A stretch of DNA of 64,000 nt, taken from assembly GCA_964199315.1 (NCBI GenBank), contig OZ116702.1, positions 5,580,001 through 5,644,000 of the forward strand, in the 5' to 3' direction. Under the pieces are notes generated by a model. That model made no database searches and was not told where the DNA came from. It was given only the letters and a program-made list of their open reading frames with translations. The stretch comes from Orbicella franksi (lineage: Eukaryota). The translations under genes and the position numbers were made by a program. This document shows positions 37,953 through 48,892 of the stretch, piece after piece; within the stretch, counting starts at the first letter, position 1; the number at the start of each line of letters is the position of its first letter.

Positions 37953-39543
37953 ATCTTTCTAATAATCAACAACTATATATCCTTCGTAGAAATTAAGAAC
38001 TTGGTCTAAATTGCCAAAACACAAGAATCTATTTTGCCAGACCTCAAAAACTGTAGGTTTTTACACGCGCGCTCATACTGTACAGTAGAGTGCGTCGCCA
38101 CACAATGTTCTCCGCACGAAGCTAGCGTTGCGTGACGGTCGTAATAATACCTTATATGGAGTGGTACTTACCAACATTCCGCTCCGCCGTTCAATGTAAA
38201 GTTAACATGGACATTTTCCTAGGCGAGGGGCGGGAAACGGGGAGCCCCGGGCTTGATGGTTAGGAAGAAAAATACGGAACCGCTTCCTCAAGTCCAACAG
38301 GCCCAGAACTCCACGCGTACTGTGCTTCAACTAAGAATCCACCGGTCCTGGAGACGAGGCGAGACATCAGTTGGTCTTCAAGGATATCTAGAGAGGGGAA
38401 GTCCTTGGCCCCTTAGACATTTTAAATTATATTTATCATTATTTTTGCTGTTTCTTATAACCTTGATTGAGGATGGAAAGATCTGATCACTGCGCGCGCG
38501 ACTTAATGAATTTCGTCATCATGCTTAATACGATACTGAGGTTTTGTGACGAAACAAAGGAAAGTTGGATCTTCTCCAAAAAGAAGTGAAAATGTTCGCG
38601 ATAGCTCAGTGTAGCGTCCTCGCTGCACAGACGCTGTGTCGTATTTTCTTTCCAAGTGATTTGAAAAAATACAAAACAAATGTGAGATCAAGGTAAGTCG
38701 AACTTTGAAAATTTGATTTCTAGCCATAAAAACAGAGGTTCGCTCGTGTGCTAAAACACAAGGGGAGACGAAAAAAACTATTGTACTGAAAGGCGAAATG
38801 TTGTCGAGTCTTTGGTTAAACGAATTTTAAATTAATCATGTTAGAGATACACTAACAGATGATCAGATGACAATGAACGTAAGAAAAGTGAACCGTGCAA
38901 CGAAAGAGGAAAACTAAGCAATATACATGAAAATAAAACCTCGCGCTCGGAATCATAAAAATCAACCACGAACCAAAACCAAACCAAACTGACAAATGTG
39001 CGGTTTTTTTCTCACAGTGTCAAGTCGTCAAAAAAGAATAAAGCAAGCTTAAAAACTGTAAAGGTAAGTCGCTCGTATTGAATTAGTTTTTTGTTTGTTT
39101 GTTCAAATAGGAGAGTCTTTTTATCAGGAATGCAAAGTACGCTAAGTATAAACTGTAGCACGCGTTCGTGCAAATGACGTAACATGAAAACCGGCAAACA
39201 AACAAGTAACAAACATGTAATCGAATTTTTCCAACTTATTTGGTAAAGAAGAATGCCGCGTGAAAAAGAGCTGTAAAGAACAGACACGGAGAAAGGAATT
39301 TTACAGGAAAGCGACTGAAAGGAAAACCCAAGCCGATTTCAAATTTTTGCGCGGAACCCACCCAGAGCAACATTTGACAAATTAACTTTTGCGTAAAGAA
39401 CACGAGTGAAGTTTCTTGTGAAAAAAAAATTTCACATGTAAGGCCGATAAGCGGAAATTTAAAGACCCTTGAAAAAATTACTTAAGCTTAAGGTTAGTTT
39501 AATACACGTTGTTTGTCAGCTAGATATCGATTTTACTTATCAA

Positions 39544-39915
39544 AGGCTAGTTTTCACTAACGACAGAGTCATATAAGCTCGACGGAATAGAAGTCGGAAG
39601 AATCAGATCAGCTTTTCCATTTTCTTGCCATTCTGCCTTCGACTCAATCGCTTATGATCCTATGAAACTACATTTAGAAGTACTAGAACCAACTAACTAC
39701 GCTGCCTGGAATCGAGCATTGTGATTGGTTAAATTCTTCGGATTTTGCTCGCGGCTCCGGGAATGTAGTTCTCACTAGATAATATGCGACGGAGCGATAA
39801 GCGGAATCGGTATTCTGCTCTCGATTCCGCTGGTTTCATTTCCATTGACTTGATCGTATCGCTCTGTGCTTCTGATTATGATTCCGGCTCCGTTGCTTGC
39901 GAAAACAAGCGTTCA
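39544..39915. mobile_element. Degenerate MITE
   Basis: aggctagttttcactaacgacagagtc at the left; decayed inverse gctccgttgcttgcgaaaacaagcgt at the right. Confidence 0.5.
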
Positions 39916-40109
39916 GCTGATTAGTAGTAACTGACCTCTTGAATGAAAGTTTTGACTGATTTCCAAACAACGTAAAAATGATTCCGAAACGAACAGTAGA
40001 TTTAAATTTAGATTTAGATTTTTTTACCCAAAAATTCACACGTCCGTTGATTCCACTGCATGTTTATCCATTCACTTCACGATAGGGAAATGCAATAAGC
40101 TTTTATTAG

Positions 40110-40280
40110 TTTGGAACTCGGAACCCGGAAGACCGGCGGAAATCGAGGCGGAAAACGGAAATAAGTGCACGCTAAGAGATACTTTGACAGCTAAAATAGT
40201 GGCATTACCTCAGTAACATCCTAAGTGAGACCAGAATCCTCGATTTATACCCTAAAGCGAGATGACGAGCATCCCCTTCC
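40110..40280 (+). mobile_element. Truncated fragment of the MITE that is complete at 59474-59860
   Basis: ggaaatcgag...ggaaataa...actttgacagctaaaatagtgg...ctaagtgagaccagaatcctcgatttataccctaaagcgaga aligns by eye with 59665-59820 and stops before the right TIR. Confidence 0.75.
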
Positions 40281-42678
40281 GCAGCTGCCAACCAGGCATT
40301 TCTCCTTCCTCATCTGCCGAAGAATGATGAAACCAATCTTTACTCTGTTATCGCACCAAAGAAATGTCCTCCTTCCTCTTCTGTCAACCGGACGCCGTAT
40401 GAAGGAAACTAATTCTAAGCCCGGCCTGTCATTTCTCTTTTCTCAGAAATGCTCTTTGTCAACTGCCAAACAATCGTCGTCAATTTCGTCATCTGGCAAC
40501 AATACACCTGCCAACCTGACAACACCTTCCTCGTCTATTGACCAGAGGACTCTTCCGCAATCTGCCGACAAGTTAACTCTGCTATCTCTTGAAAAGTCAT
40601 CTATCTTAGGATCTGCTGAAAAGACATCTCCGTCAACTCCTTGTTCATCTGCCGAACAGAACAGCACAGCCAAACCGGAAAACTCTTTGTCAGCCTTTCC
40701 GTTGGACGCCCAGTCCAATTCAAGTGTGAAAACCGTGAATGATTTGCGGTCTTCTATTCCAGGCCCATCCTCTACCATCCCTTCAGAGCCTTCGGAGTGT
40801 CACGATAGACCGCCAACGACACCACCTAATGACTCCATGGTTCCCATCGGGAGTCCACCTATTCAACTAAGCCAGGCGACAGCATCATGCGACGCTGCAT
40901 CTGACAGTGCGGCTATTGAAGTCACTCCCACGGCCTTGGCTGATGCCATTTGCGACAGCAGTACCAACGTTGAAGGCAGCTGTGTAGTTAAGACTATCAC
41001 GGAATCCCCACCTTCCGATCCAAGCCCACCTCCAGGGTCTTGTGACTGCGAGGCCATATCGTCGGCGCCAGCTTGCGTATCTGGAAGTGCTGCTATTAGG
41101 CCGCTAATAAGCAATGGGGTCTCGCCTCCAGCAATTCCAAGTATTCCAGGCCCATCCTCTACCATCCCTTCAGAGCCTTCGGAGTGTCACTGTAGACCGC
41201 CAACACCATCACCTAATGACGCCATGGTTCCCATCGGGAGTCCAACTATTCAACTAAGCCAGGCGACAGCATCATGTGACACTGCACCTGACAGTGCGAC
41301 AATTGAAATCGCTCCCACGGCCTTGGCTGATGCCATTTGTGACAGCAGTACCAACGTTGAAGGCAGCTGTGTAGTTGAGACTATCACGGAATCCCCGCCT
41401 TCCGATCCAAGCCCACCTCCAGGGTCTTGTGACTGCGAGGCCATATCGTCGGCGCCAACTTGCGTATCTGGAAGTGCTGCTATTAGGCCGCTAATAAGCA
41501 ATGGGGTCTCGCCTCCAGCAATTCCAAGTATTCCAGGCCCATCCTCTACCATCCCTTCAGAGCCTTCGGAGTGTCACTGTAGACCGCCAACACCATCACC
41601 TAATGACGCCATGGTTCCCATCGGGAGTCCAACTATTCAACTAAGCCAGGCGACAGCATCATGTGACGCTGCACCTGACAGTGCGACAATTGAAATCGCT
41701 CCCACGGCCTTGGCTGATGCCATTTGTGACAGCAGTATCAACGTTGAAGGCAGCTGTGTAGTTGAGACTATCACGGAATCCCCGCCTTCCGATCCAAGCC
41801 CACCTTCAGGGTCTTGTGGCTGCGAGACCATATCGTCGGCGCCAGCTTGCGTATCTGGAAGTGCTGTTATCAGGCCGCTACTAAGCAATGGGGTCTCGCC
41901 TCCAGCCATTCCAAGTATTCCAGGCCCATCCTCTACCATCTCTTCAGGGCCTTCGGAGTGTCACGGTAGACCGCCAACACCATCACCTAATGACTCCATG
42001 GTTCCCATCGGGAGTCCACCTATTCAATTAAGCCTGGCGACAGCATCATGCGACGCTGCACCTGACAGTGCGGCTATTGAAGTCACTCCCACGGCCTTGG
42101 CTGATGCCATTTGTGACAGCAGTACCAACGTTGAAGGCAGCTGTGTAGTTGAGACTATCACGGAATCCCCGCCTTCCGATCCAAGCCCACCTTCAGGGTC
42201 TTGTGACTGCGAGGCCATATCGACGGCGCCAACTTGCGTATCTGGAAGTGCTGCTATTAGGCCGCTGATGAGCATTGTGGTTACACCCCCACCTTGGTGG
42301 AACGATTATGCTTTTGGCCCGAGGTTTCCGACGCCTCATAGATATCCCACGCCCAGGAATATTGGTGCGTCGCGACCTCACAGAAACACATCGTCCACAC
42401 ACGGAGGTGCTCCTGTTAGACAACTAACGCCTCAAACAACACCACCAACACCGATTCCCGCTCTGATGAGCATTCAGACCTCACCGCCACCCTACAATGA
42501 CATCAGGCCCTTGGGGAACAATGAAAACAGACCAGGTGTACCCTCACCGAGTGAAATACCGCCCCTAATGAGTATCCAGACGAGACCTCCCTGGGGGTAT
42601 AGACCTCCCTGGGGGAACAGACCTCCCAGGGGGACCAGACCTTCCAGGAGGACCAGGGGACCGCAAGCACGAGGTTAG
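40225..42678 (+). CDS. Orphan single-exon ORF (817 codons; 784 aa from first ATG at 40324), Pro/Ser/Thr/Cys-rich with four 129-aa repeats
   Basis: Uninterrupted frame in the ORF track; no family recognised. C-terminus has PLMSI x3 and RPPW/RPPR repeats. Expression unknown; may be a retroelement remnant. Confidence 0.5.
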   Translation: MRPESSIYTLKRDDEHPLPQLPTRHFSFLICRRMMKPIFTLLSHQRNVLLPLLSTGRRMKETNSKPGLSFLFSQKCSLSTAKQSSSISSSGNNTPANLTTPSSSIDQRTLPQSADKLTLLSLEKSSILGSAEKTSPSTPCSSAEQNSTAKPENSLSAFPLDAQSNSSVKTVNDLRSSIPGPSSTIPSEPSECHDRPPTTPPNDSMVPIGSPPIQLSQATASCDAASDSAAIEVTPTALADAICDSSTNVEGSCVVKTITESPPSDPSPPPGSCDCEAISSAPACVSGSAAIRPLISNGVSPPAIPSIPGPSSTIPSEPSECHCRPPTPSPNDAMVPIGSPTIQLSQATASCDTAPDSATIEIAPTALADAICDSSTNVEGSCVVETITESPPSDPSPPPGSCDCEAISSAPTCVSGSAAIRPLISNGVSPPAIPSIPGPSSTIPSEPSECHCRPPTPSPNDAMVPIGSPTIQLSQATASCDAAPDSATIEIAPTALADAICDSSINVEGSCVVETITESPPSDPSPPSGSCGCETISSAPACVSGSAVIRPLLSNGVSPPAIPSIPGPSSTISSGPSECHGRPPTPSPNDSMVPIGSPPIQLSLATASCDAAPDSAAIEVTPTALADAICDSSTNVEGSCVVETITESPPSDPSPPSGSCDCEAISTAPTCVSGSAAIRPLMSIVVTPPPWWNDYAFGPRFPTPHRYPTPRNIGASRPHRNTSSTHGGAPVRQLTPQTTPPTPIPALMSIQTSPPPYNDIRPLGNNENRPGVPSPSEIPPLMSIQTRPPWGYRPPWGNRPPRGTRPSRRTRGPQARG
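40756..42275 (+). repeat. 387-bp tandem repeat, ~3.9 copies
   Basis: attccaggcccatcctctaccatc starts at 40756, 41143, 41530 and 41917 (period exactly 387). No indels seen; units 2 and 3 differ at about 10 positions. Confidence 0.98.
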
Positions 42679-42718
42679 TACCGATTCACATCGTGATATA
42701 ACATTGGGTTCATTTTTC

Positions 42719-42970
42719 AGGTAGGGGTAGTGATAAGTAGCTAGCTATAGCAGTATTTTGGGCAGTACTCCATTATATTAACTAGCTTCTCTTGGGGTTT
42801 TAATAGAAGTCGATAGAACTTAAAATACTAATGGAATAGAGAGATGTTTAATTTCTAGCTGTGACGTTGCATAAAGTTCATGTAGTTTTATACTTCCGCA
42901 GCAAGATATTTTTGTTTAATTTTATTCCAACGGGTAACCGATACCGGTGAGACCCTCCCAAGTTCTAAGC
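42719..42970 (+). mobile_element. Possible polypurine tract and solo 3' LTR
   Basis: tttttc-AGGTAGGGGTAG-TGataag: purine-rich tract followed by TG at 42731, 52 bp after the ORF stop. The right boundary (a CA near 42970-43000) is uncertain; no second LTR in the window. Confidence 0.3.
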
Positions 42971-45304
42971 ATTTAACTTTATTGGTACACGTTGTACACA
43001 AATGTTTTTGGAGTTGTGAAATTTCAAGCATTTTTGATCGTTTGACTGCCAAGAGCAGACAAAACATACTTTTTTACAGCAAACAACATCGTCAAATTCC
43101 TCCTTTTATTCCTAGTAACCCATGTGGGGAAAAATTTTCGCCCAACATATTTTCTTGGTACACATTTAAATTGCACTCCTGAGTTTACCATCGGAACACG
43201 CGTAAATATTTTTGCTGTCCTTGTCAGATGAAACATGCTACGTACAGTGAGTGGACGGTTCCGTTTCAGACTGGGTTGTCTTTCTCCTTTTTCAGAGAAC
43301 CCCTTTCAGGGATATATGCTTCTGATACAAAACATCATTAACCAAGCTTGCTCAGAACCGTACTGAAAGCTTATCGTAATGTCGACCTCTGTTCTTTGAC
43401 TTATGATCACGATCCAGATATATTTTCCAGGCTTCTGCCAGTTGCTATTTATATGTTTTGGGAAGGAGACAAGACTGGGAACTAGTAGAATGGGACACGC
43501 GGGGAGTCATGGGAAAAGACAAAAGAAAAATAAGCGACTCTCGTATCCATTCTTCTCTTGCCCCTAAACCACACAAATTGCTATTGGCACGACTGGTTAG
43601 AGCTCAGTTACAGAGTCTAGCGAAAGGTTCCATTCCCGCCCTTGGTAACAGGGAAAGTTCAGTTACTAATTTGGAATGAAAACAGCTCAAAAGCTATACT
43701 CGTTCGGACGGCGCATACAAACATAACTTTATGTTAGGTGATATTATTGGCCAAGAGAATAACCTCTTGTATTGGCTCACTGATTTTCATGATACCTTAG
43801 CGTTGTAGCTGCATGAAAGTTATTTTCAATTCTTGCAACGTTAAGCTACGAAGGAGAACAGATGTTTCCAAGAGTTTTCTTCATTCTTCTGTCATGGAAG
43901 TTTGTTTCGATCCTTCCCTATAAAGAGAATGATCGCTAGTCTACCTAATCAGGGGACAAAGTGATGTGTTGCAATACTCGTTTGCAAGAAAACGGCAATT
44001 GCGCTCTCATGCATCAAGCTTACTCGATTTTCATCGATCAGAGAAACCAATGGATATGCCTGCTTGAAGAAACGCTCCGCCTTGGGATACGGGAAGGGTC
44101 GTAGTGTACGCTTAGAATTGCGAAGCCTTAATTTTGTTGCAGGAAAAAGCTTAAAAGCTTTTCCCTGCAACAATCTCGTTCCTTGCTTCCGCGATCCTTT
44201 TGGTCAGCACTAAGAATAGGAACCTTCAAGCGAAGTCCAGGCAAATGAGCCAGCATTGAATCATAGCGGCTGCTTTCTCTACGCATGTTCAGAAAGCACT
44301 ATCGAGCCTGCAGGCATGCACAAAAGAAGACTGGAACCAAGGTTTTTCTCGTTCCTCGTTTTATAGGAGTTTCTCGCGTTCGTTTTCCGCTGACGCTTAA
44401 CGCTTAGGTTCTGTGATTGAGATTGGCGGTTATTTTTATTTTATTTTGCTTGGGTCACCCAGCGAAGGCGTTAATCGTTACCACTTAGTTTAAAGGGATA
44501 GTTTGGCGCATGTGCAAACTGACCAGACGTGATTAGGTGACTCGTGTGTCCGTTCCAGAATGAAACCGTGAAGCCAAACAACAAATGCGATGTTGAATAC
44601 TGAATTCAATATTTTCTTTGTTAATCCGATGAAATCTTCCGTGAATTTTTGGGATCAGTCATTTTGTGCAGCCGTATGGCTACTGAACGGGCGATCATTC
44701 CACTTTCACAAAATTGTAGCCTGTGATTACTGAAACACATGTGGTCGATACGAAAACGAAAATGTACCGGCAGGAAGGCAATCCCAATGAGAAATCTCAC
44801 CTATATCGTCACGTTTCGCGACTGACCGAGAAATTTTCAAAGGCAAATTTGTCACAGAGTCCAATTTTCATTCATTGTGTAAATTGTTGATCAAAAAGTA
44901 GTAATTGTGATGTCTCCACTCATGACATCATCCATGAGTGTTTGATCCGTGGACACGCATGCTTCACGGTCCTTGTTGGTAATAACGAGAATTAGCTTGT
45001 CGACAGTTGTTTTTCAAGTTTTGCCTGTCAAACCCGGTCTCATGTGCATCAGGTGTAGTCTTCAACTGGCGACTGAGCATCACAGCACTTTGTACACTGA
45101 CTCATCTGTAGCTCACGTGTGGGATTTTTCTGGCCATTGTTTCACCATCGTAAGGTTAGCTTGCAATAGAACTCGTCAATTCTAGTATGGACTTCTGCTC
45201 GCAATCAATGCACTAAACTTCTCCATTATTTTTTGTATTTTTTGAATGTAATACTCATTTTATTATTTTTTTTCAAGTGCACAAATTTCAATACATTAAT
45301 AAAT

Positions 45305-45735
45305 AAATCAATAAATAATTGCGTTGTGTGAACGGGGCCTCATTCTTCGTCAAGTGATAAAGAATGCACAATCGAACCAGAGTGGAGTTGTGTCGATCGC
45401 CGGAGAAATTTGAAAACGCAGCTTAATTTCTACGGTTTGGCCTTCCGTCCACACTCATCGGAGCCTTTCGAAAACGCCCTTCAAACCAGAGGAATTTGAA
45501 AACGCCGGCTTTGCGTTTTAGTGTGAACGGAAAACAGTTCGGAAACCAAGCTTTCCGAAAGCGATGCAGTTACAATAATCATGTGATTCCCTGTCCGGGT
45601 TTTCCTCAAACATAAATTCAAAGTGAACGGTGATTGTTGCGTTTTCATTTCCCCCGCGTAGTGTGGACGGAAAACATTTGATGTGTTTTCAGAGTGAAAT
45701 CTCCGTTTTCAAATTCCTCCTCGGCTGTAGTTTTA
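45305..45735. mobile_element. MITE rich in ccgtccacact / ggaatttgaaaacg motifs (inverted copy at ~58925-59155)
   Basis: Shared strings gtgtggacggaaaacatttgatg, ggaatttgaaaacgccggctttgc, aatcatgtgatt occur reverse-complemented at 58925-59155. Confidence 0.75.
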
Positions 45736-46159
45736 AAAGCAAAAGGCAAATTTTATCTGAAACTGCTGATGAGCATTCAAGGAAAATTAACGTTTTGACC
45801 CAGGAAGGCTAATCGCTTGGATTGTGAGCTATCCAAATACATCACGAGGGTGATTTTATCACGTTTTGATCGAAATGCAGGTGTACACAAACTTGACAGG
45901 CTCCATGTTTGCCCACTATCTCCACAGAGGTAATCGTCTTTTGAGGACAACCCTATGCCAATTAAATTTTAATATTCACACAACCTCCCAAAATAACATT
46001 AATTTATGTGCATGATAATTAAATTTTCAGGCAAAAAAAACTGCGAGCAGTCTCGGACAACAGCTCTATTATTGCTTTTGACTCTGTACCCTTTCTTAAA
46101 CTTTCTTGAATACGACGCTGAAGAGACTGAAACAAAAAAATTCTCTCGTTAAATTTGTC

Positions 46160-47284
46160 TCATAGTTCATTATTGCCATCACTGTCATGGTCTGACATTA
46201 ACTCGATATCCGGGACATGAGTGAGCGAAGGAATAGCTCGTAAAACGACATGAGCATTTTCCCCTTCAGCTCCTGTTCGCTTATTTAGATACCAGGTCTT
46301 TTTGAAGTGCGGCTTTGTCAACTTTGGAGGTCGCTTGCACTGCAAACCGTACCAAACTTCACTGAGAATATCGCGATATCCTTCACGGAAGCGATCGTTT
46401 CTGATCACAAAGATAATCGGGTTTATTGACGAGTTGAAAAATCCGCACCAGTAGGCAGCAACACCGAGGCCGTAAGGAAGGTTGGCGACACCCGTGTTCC
46501 GTGTTGCTAACACGATGAGGAACACGAAAGGAAGCCAACAAAGTACAAACACAAGCAACACAAGCAGCAGTGTGTATGTTATGCGGCGTTGAAGTTTCAT
46601 GACTTCCAGACCTCCTTTTGTATACTTAGCAATTCTGTTTGTGTGCTTGCGAACTGCGAAAAAAATCCTAATGTAAGCAAATGCCATGATCAACATTGTA
46701 ATCACATACGCGACCAGGACGAGGAACAAGAGATAAAGTCGCTCTGAAGTCGTGCGAGGGTACGCGACGCCACAGGCTAACGTGCTCGAATTGTACGCAA
46801 AATGTCCCCAGCCCAGGACAGGGCCCAAAGACAGAAGAGTTGCGAAGATCCATACTGTGGCAATCATATACCACGCCCGGCGAATGGTGATTGTACGCGA
46901 GAGAGGTTTGACGAGCGTGTAATATTGTTCGATGCTCATAATTGTCAGTGTGAAGATCGAAATACAGAAGAAGAACGATCCCAGAAAGCCATCAAGCGTA
47001 CAAAACGAATCGCTCATGATCCAGCGACGAGAAATGCAGGTCACGAGCGAAAATGGCATTGATAATAATGTCACTCCTAAATCGGCGGACGCCAGGTTCA
47101 TAATAAACATATACCGCGGGGTCTGCATGTTGGAATTTCTGTACACTACAATAATATTCATTGTGTTTGCCACTATTGCCACCAACATTATCAAAATCAG
47201 CGATGTCGCTTGAAATGCTGCCTCAATCGGGAGATATTGAATGAAAGTCTCGCTGGTGTTGGTGTTTACGTCTGTTCCGGCCAT
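46160..47284 (-). CDS. Intronless class A (rhodopsin-like) orphan GPCR, 374 aa
   Basis: Seven hydrophobic segments; N1.50 (IVAN), LASAD, C3.25, W4.50, ECL2 Cys, CWLP, NPIIF, helix 8 (NDRFR); N-terminal glycosylation sequon NTS. DRY replaced by EQY; no Lys7.43, no Asp3.32. Confidence 0.93.
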   Translation of the reverse strand: MAGTDVNTNTSETFIQYLPIEAAFQATSLILIMLVAIVANTMNIIVVYRNSNMQTPRYMFIMNLASADLGVTLLSMPFSLVTCISRRWIMSDSFCTLDGFLGSFFFCISIFTLTIMSIEQYYTLVKPLSRTITIRRAWYMIATVWIFATLLSLGPVLGWGHFAYNSSTLACGVAYPRTTSERLYLLFLVLVAYVITMLIMAFAYIRIFFAVRKHTNRIAKYTKGGLEVMKLQRRITYTLLLVLLVFVLCWLPFVFLIVLATRNTGVANLPYGLGVAAYWCGFFNSSINPIIFVIRNDRFREGYRDILSEVWYGLQCKRPPKLTKPHFKKTWYLNKRTGAEGENAHVVLRAIPSLTHVPDIELMSDHDSDGNNEL

Positions 47285-48892
47285 GCTCCGTCGAAGAAAC
47301 TGAAATTTTCCAGCTTATTTTCTTGATGGGACTGATATTAGATCGTCTGCTTCGCCGCCATTAGCGAAAAGGAAATATTGCAGTACCATTCGCCGACAAT
47401 ATCGAAGAAAGTCCTTCGATTGTAAGAACTGATAATAAATATTGTGTCATCGTTAGTTGATTCAGGCCGACCAGTCATGTCATATTACCGGCGGCAATTG
47501 TTTCCGATGAAATTCTTGTTCGCTTTTTCCTTTCTTCAGGTCCCTGTCCATAAAATTCAAATATATATTAAATTTAAACGACAGCAGGTTCCTACTGGTT
47601 CTTGTCGGCTGTAAATTTTTTTCCACAATGTCATATATTAGCTCTGGTCTCGTAGCAACCTGAGTTCTTATGAGCCTTGTGCCTGATCTTCACATCACAG
47701 TCAATATGTAACTGTTTTGACACCTCTGATGTTGATGGAGAAAATTGCTCGCCTTTCAACACATCATGTGGAGCAGGCACAAGGGCAAAATGTAGACAGA
47801 CTCCTTCACAAGTTGTTAATCTGGTGCGAAACAATGTAAACCGATTGACCTACAACGTCGACAAAGAAAACAAAAAAGCCGAGCTTTTCAAGTGTCATAG
47901 CTAAAACCTTGACATGCAAATTTTCGGCTGGCCCTTGACGTGATCTACCAGTACAAATGATTCCATAAACAATATAGACTTTGCACTTGACTTATTTAAT
48001 GGTAAGGCATTACGCAGGTCTTGAGAGACGTTTTGTGAGAGTAAACTACAAGTTATTTCGGGATTCAGGGCACGTTTTACCACTTACCGGTAACGAAAAA
48101 AAAATCCAACTTCACAGGCAGCCGTTTTGAGTAAAGAGCAAGTTCCTCCTTGAACATAACATGCAGGTGTGAATGTGATTTTCACACGATTTTTCGAGAA
48201 CCTGGAGAATAGCAAATACATATTCTATTATGCAAAACTTACTAATGAACTCAGCCTATGACTAGTTCCTCGGGGAGAACGCATGTTATTAGCTTGCCAG
48301 TGAAAACAAAAGGCGCCAAGAAGGTTCCATTTAGCACCTGACAGTAATAATCGCATGCGTCAATTCAAATTAAAGAGACACACAGTACGTGGGTGATTAA
48401 CTGTTACTGAAGACAGAAACATAAGAAAGATTATACTGATTTGTTGACATTTTATTGATCTTCTCATCTCAGAAAAATTTAAAATATTAAAAGTAAAAAC
48501 TGGAAACAATTTTAAATCCTGGCAAACGCAAAGCTGTTCACCGCTTTTTGCGCTGTAGATTAGTAATCAAGGTCAAAATTGCCCATTGGCCTATGGCTTT
48601 AGAAGACACAAACTCGCCAATGTGCATTTCGTCGTCATATTTACGTAGTTCAGCGAATTCCTTTTCGATGACGCCACCGCTTGATACGACACGGATTGAT
48701 AAAGACCTCAACTGATCTTTTCTTGATTCAAGGATCTTTCCTTGCCGGATTAAAGTCAAAACGCTCGGGAGCTTAAAATTACACAGCACACACACTTTGA
48801 CCACTTTGACCAATCAAATTGAAGTCTCGTGCTTTAATTCAACGTTATGCGTGAAGTACTAAAGAATGTAAATGCACTTTGCTTGTTTTCAG

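Noticed and set aside
40443-42275. Repeated ~100-aa minus-strand ORFs (MVEDGPG...)
   Set aside because: Antisense of the 387-bp repeat; each is stopped once per unit while the plus frame is continuous.
40756-42275. CRISPR-like array
   Set aside because: Contiguous 387-bp units with no unique spacers; no cas genes; eukaryotic context.
46117-46135. Hammerhead-like CTGAAGA...GAAAC
   Set aside because: No stem II between the core motifs; other CTGATGA hits (42463, 45767) also lack stems.
46160-47284. GPCR as an opsin or aminergic receptor
   Set aside because: Position 7.43 is Phe (no retinal Lys) and 3.32 is Gly (no amine-binding Asp).
48538-48813. 91-aa minus-strand ORF upstream of the GPCR
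   Set aside because: TTG/alternative start, no recognisable domain, no convincing splice partners.
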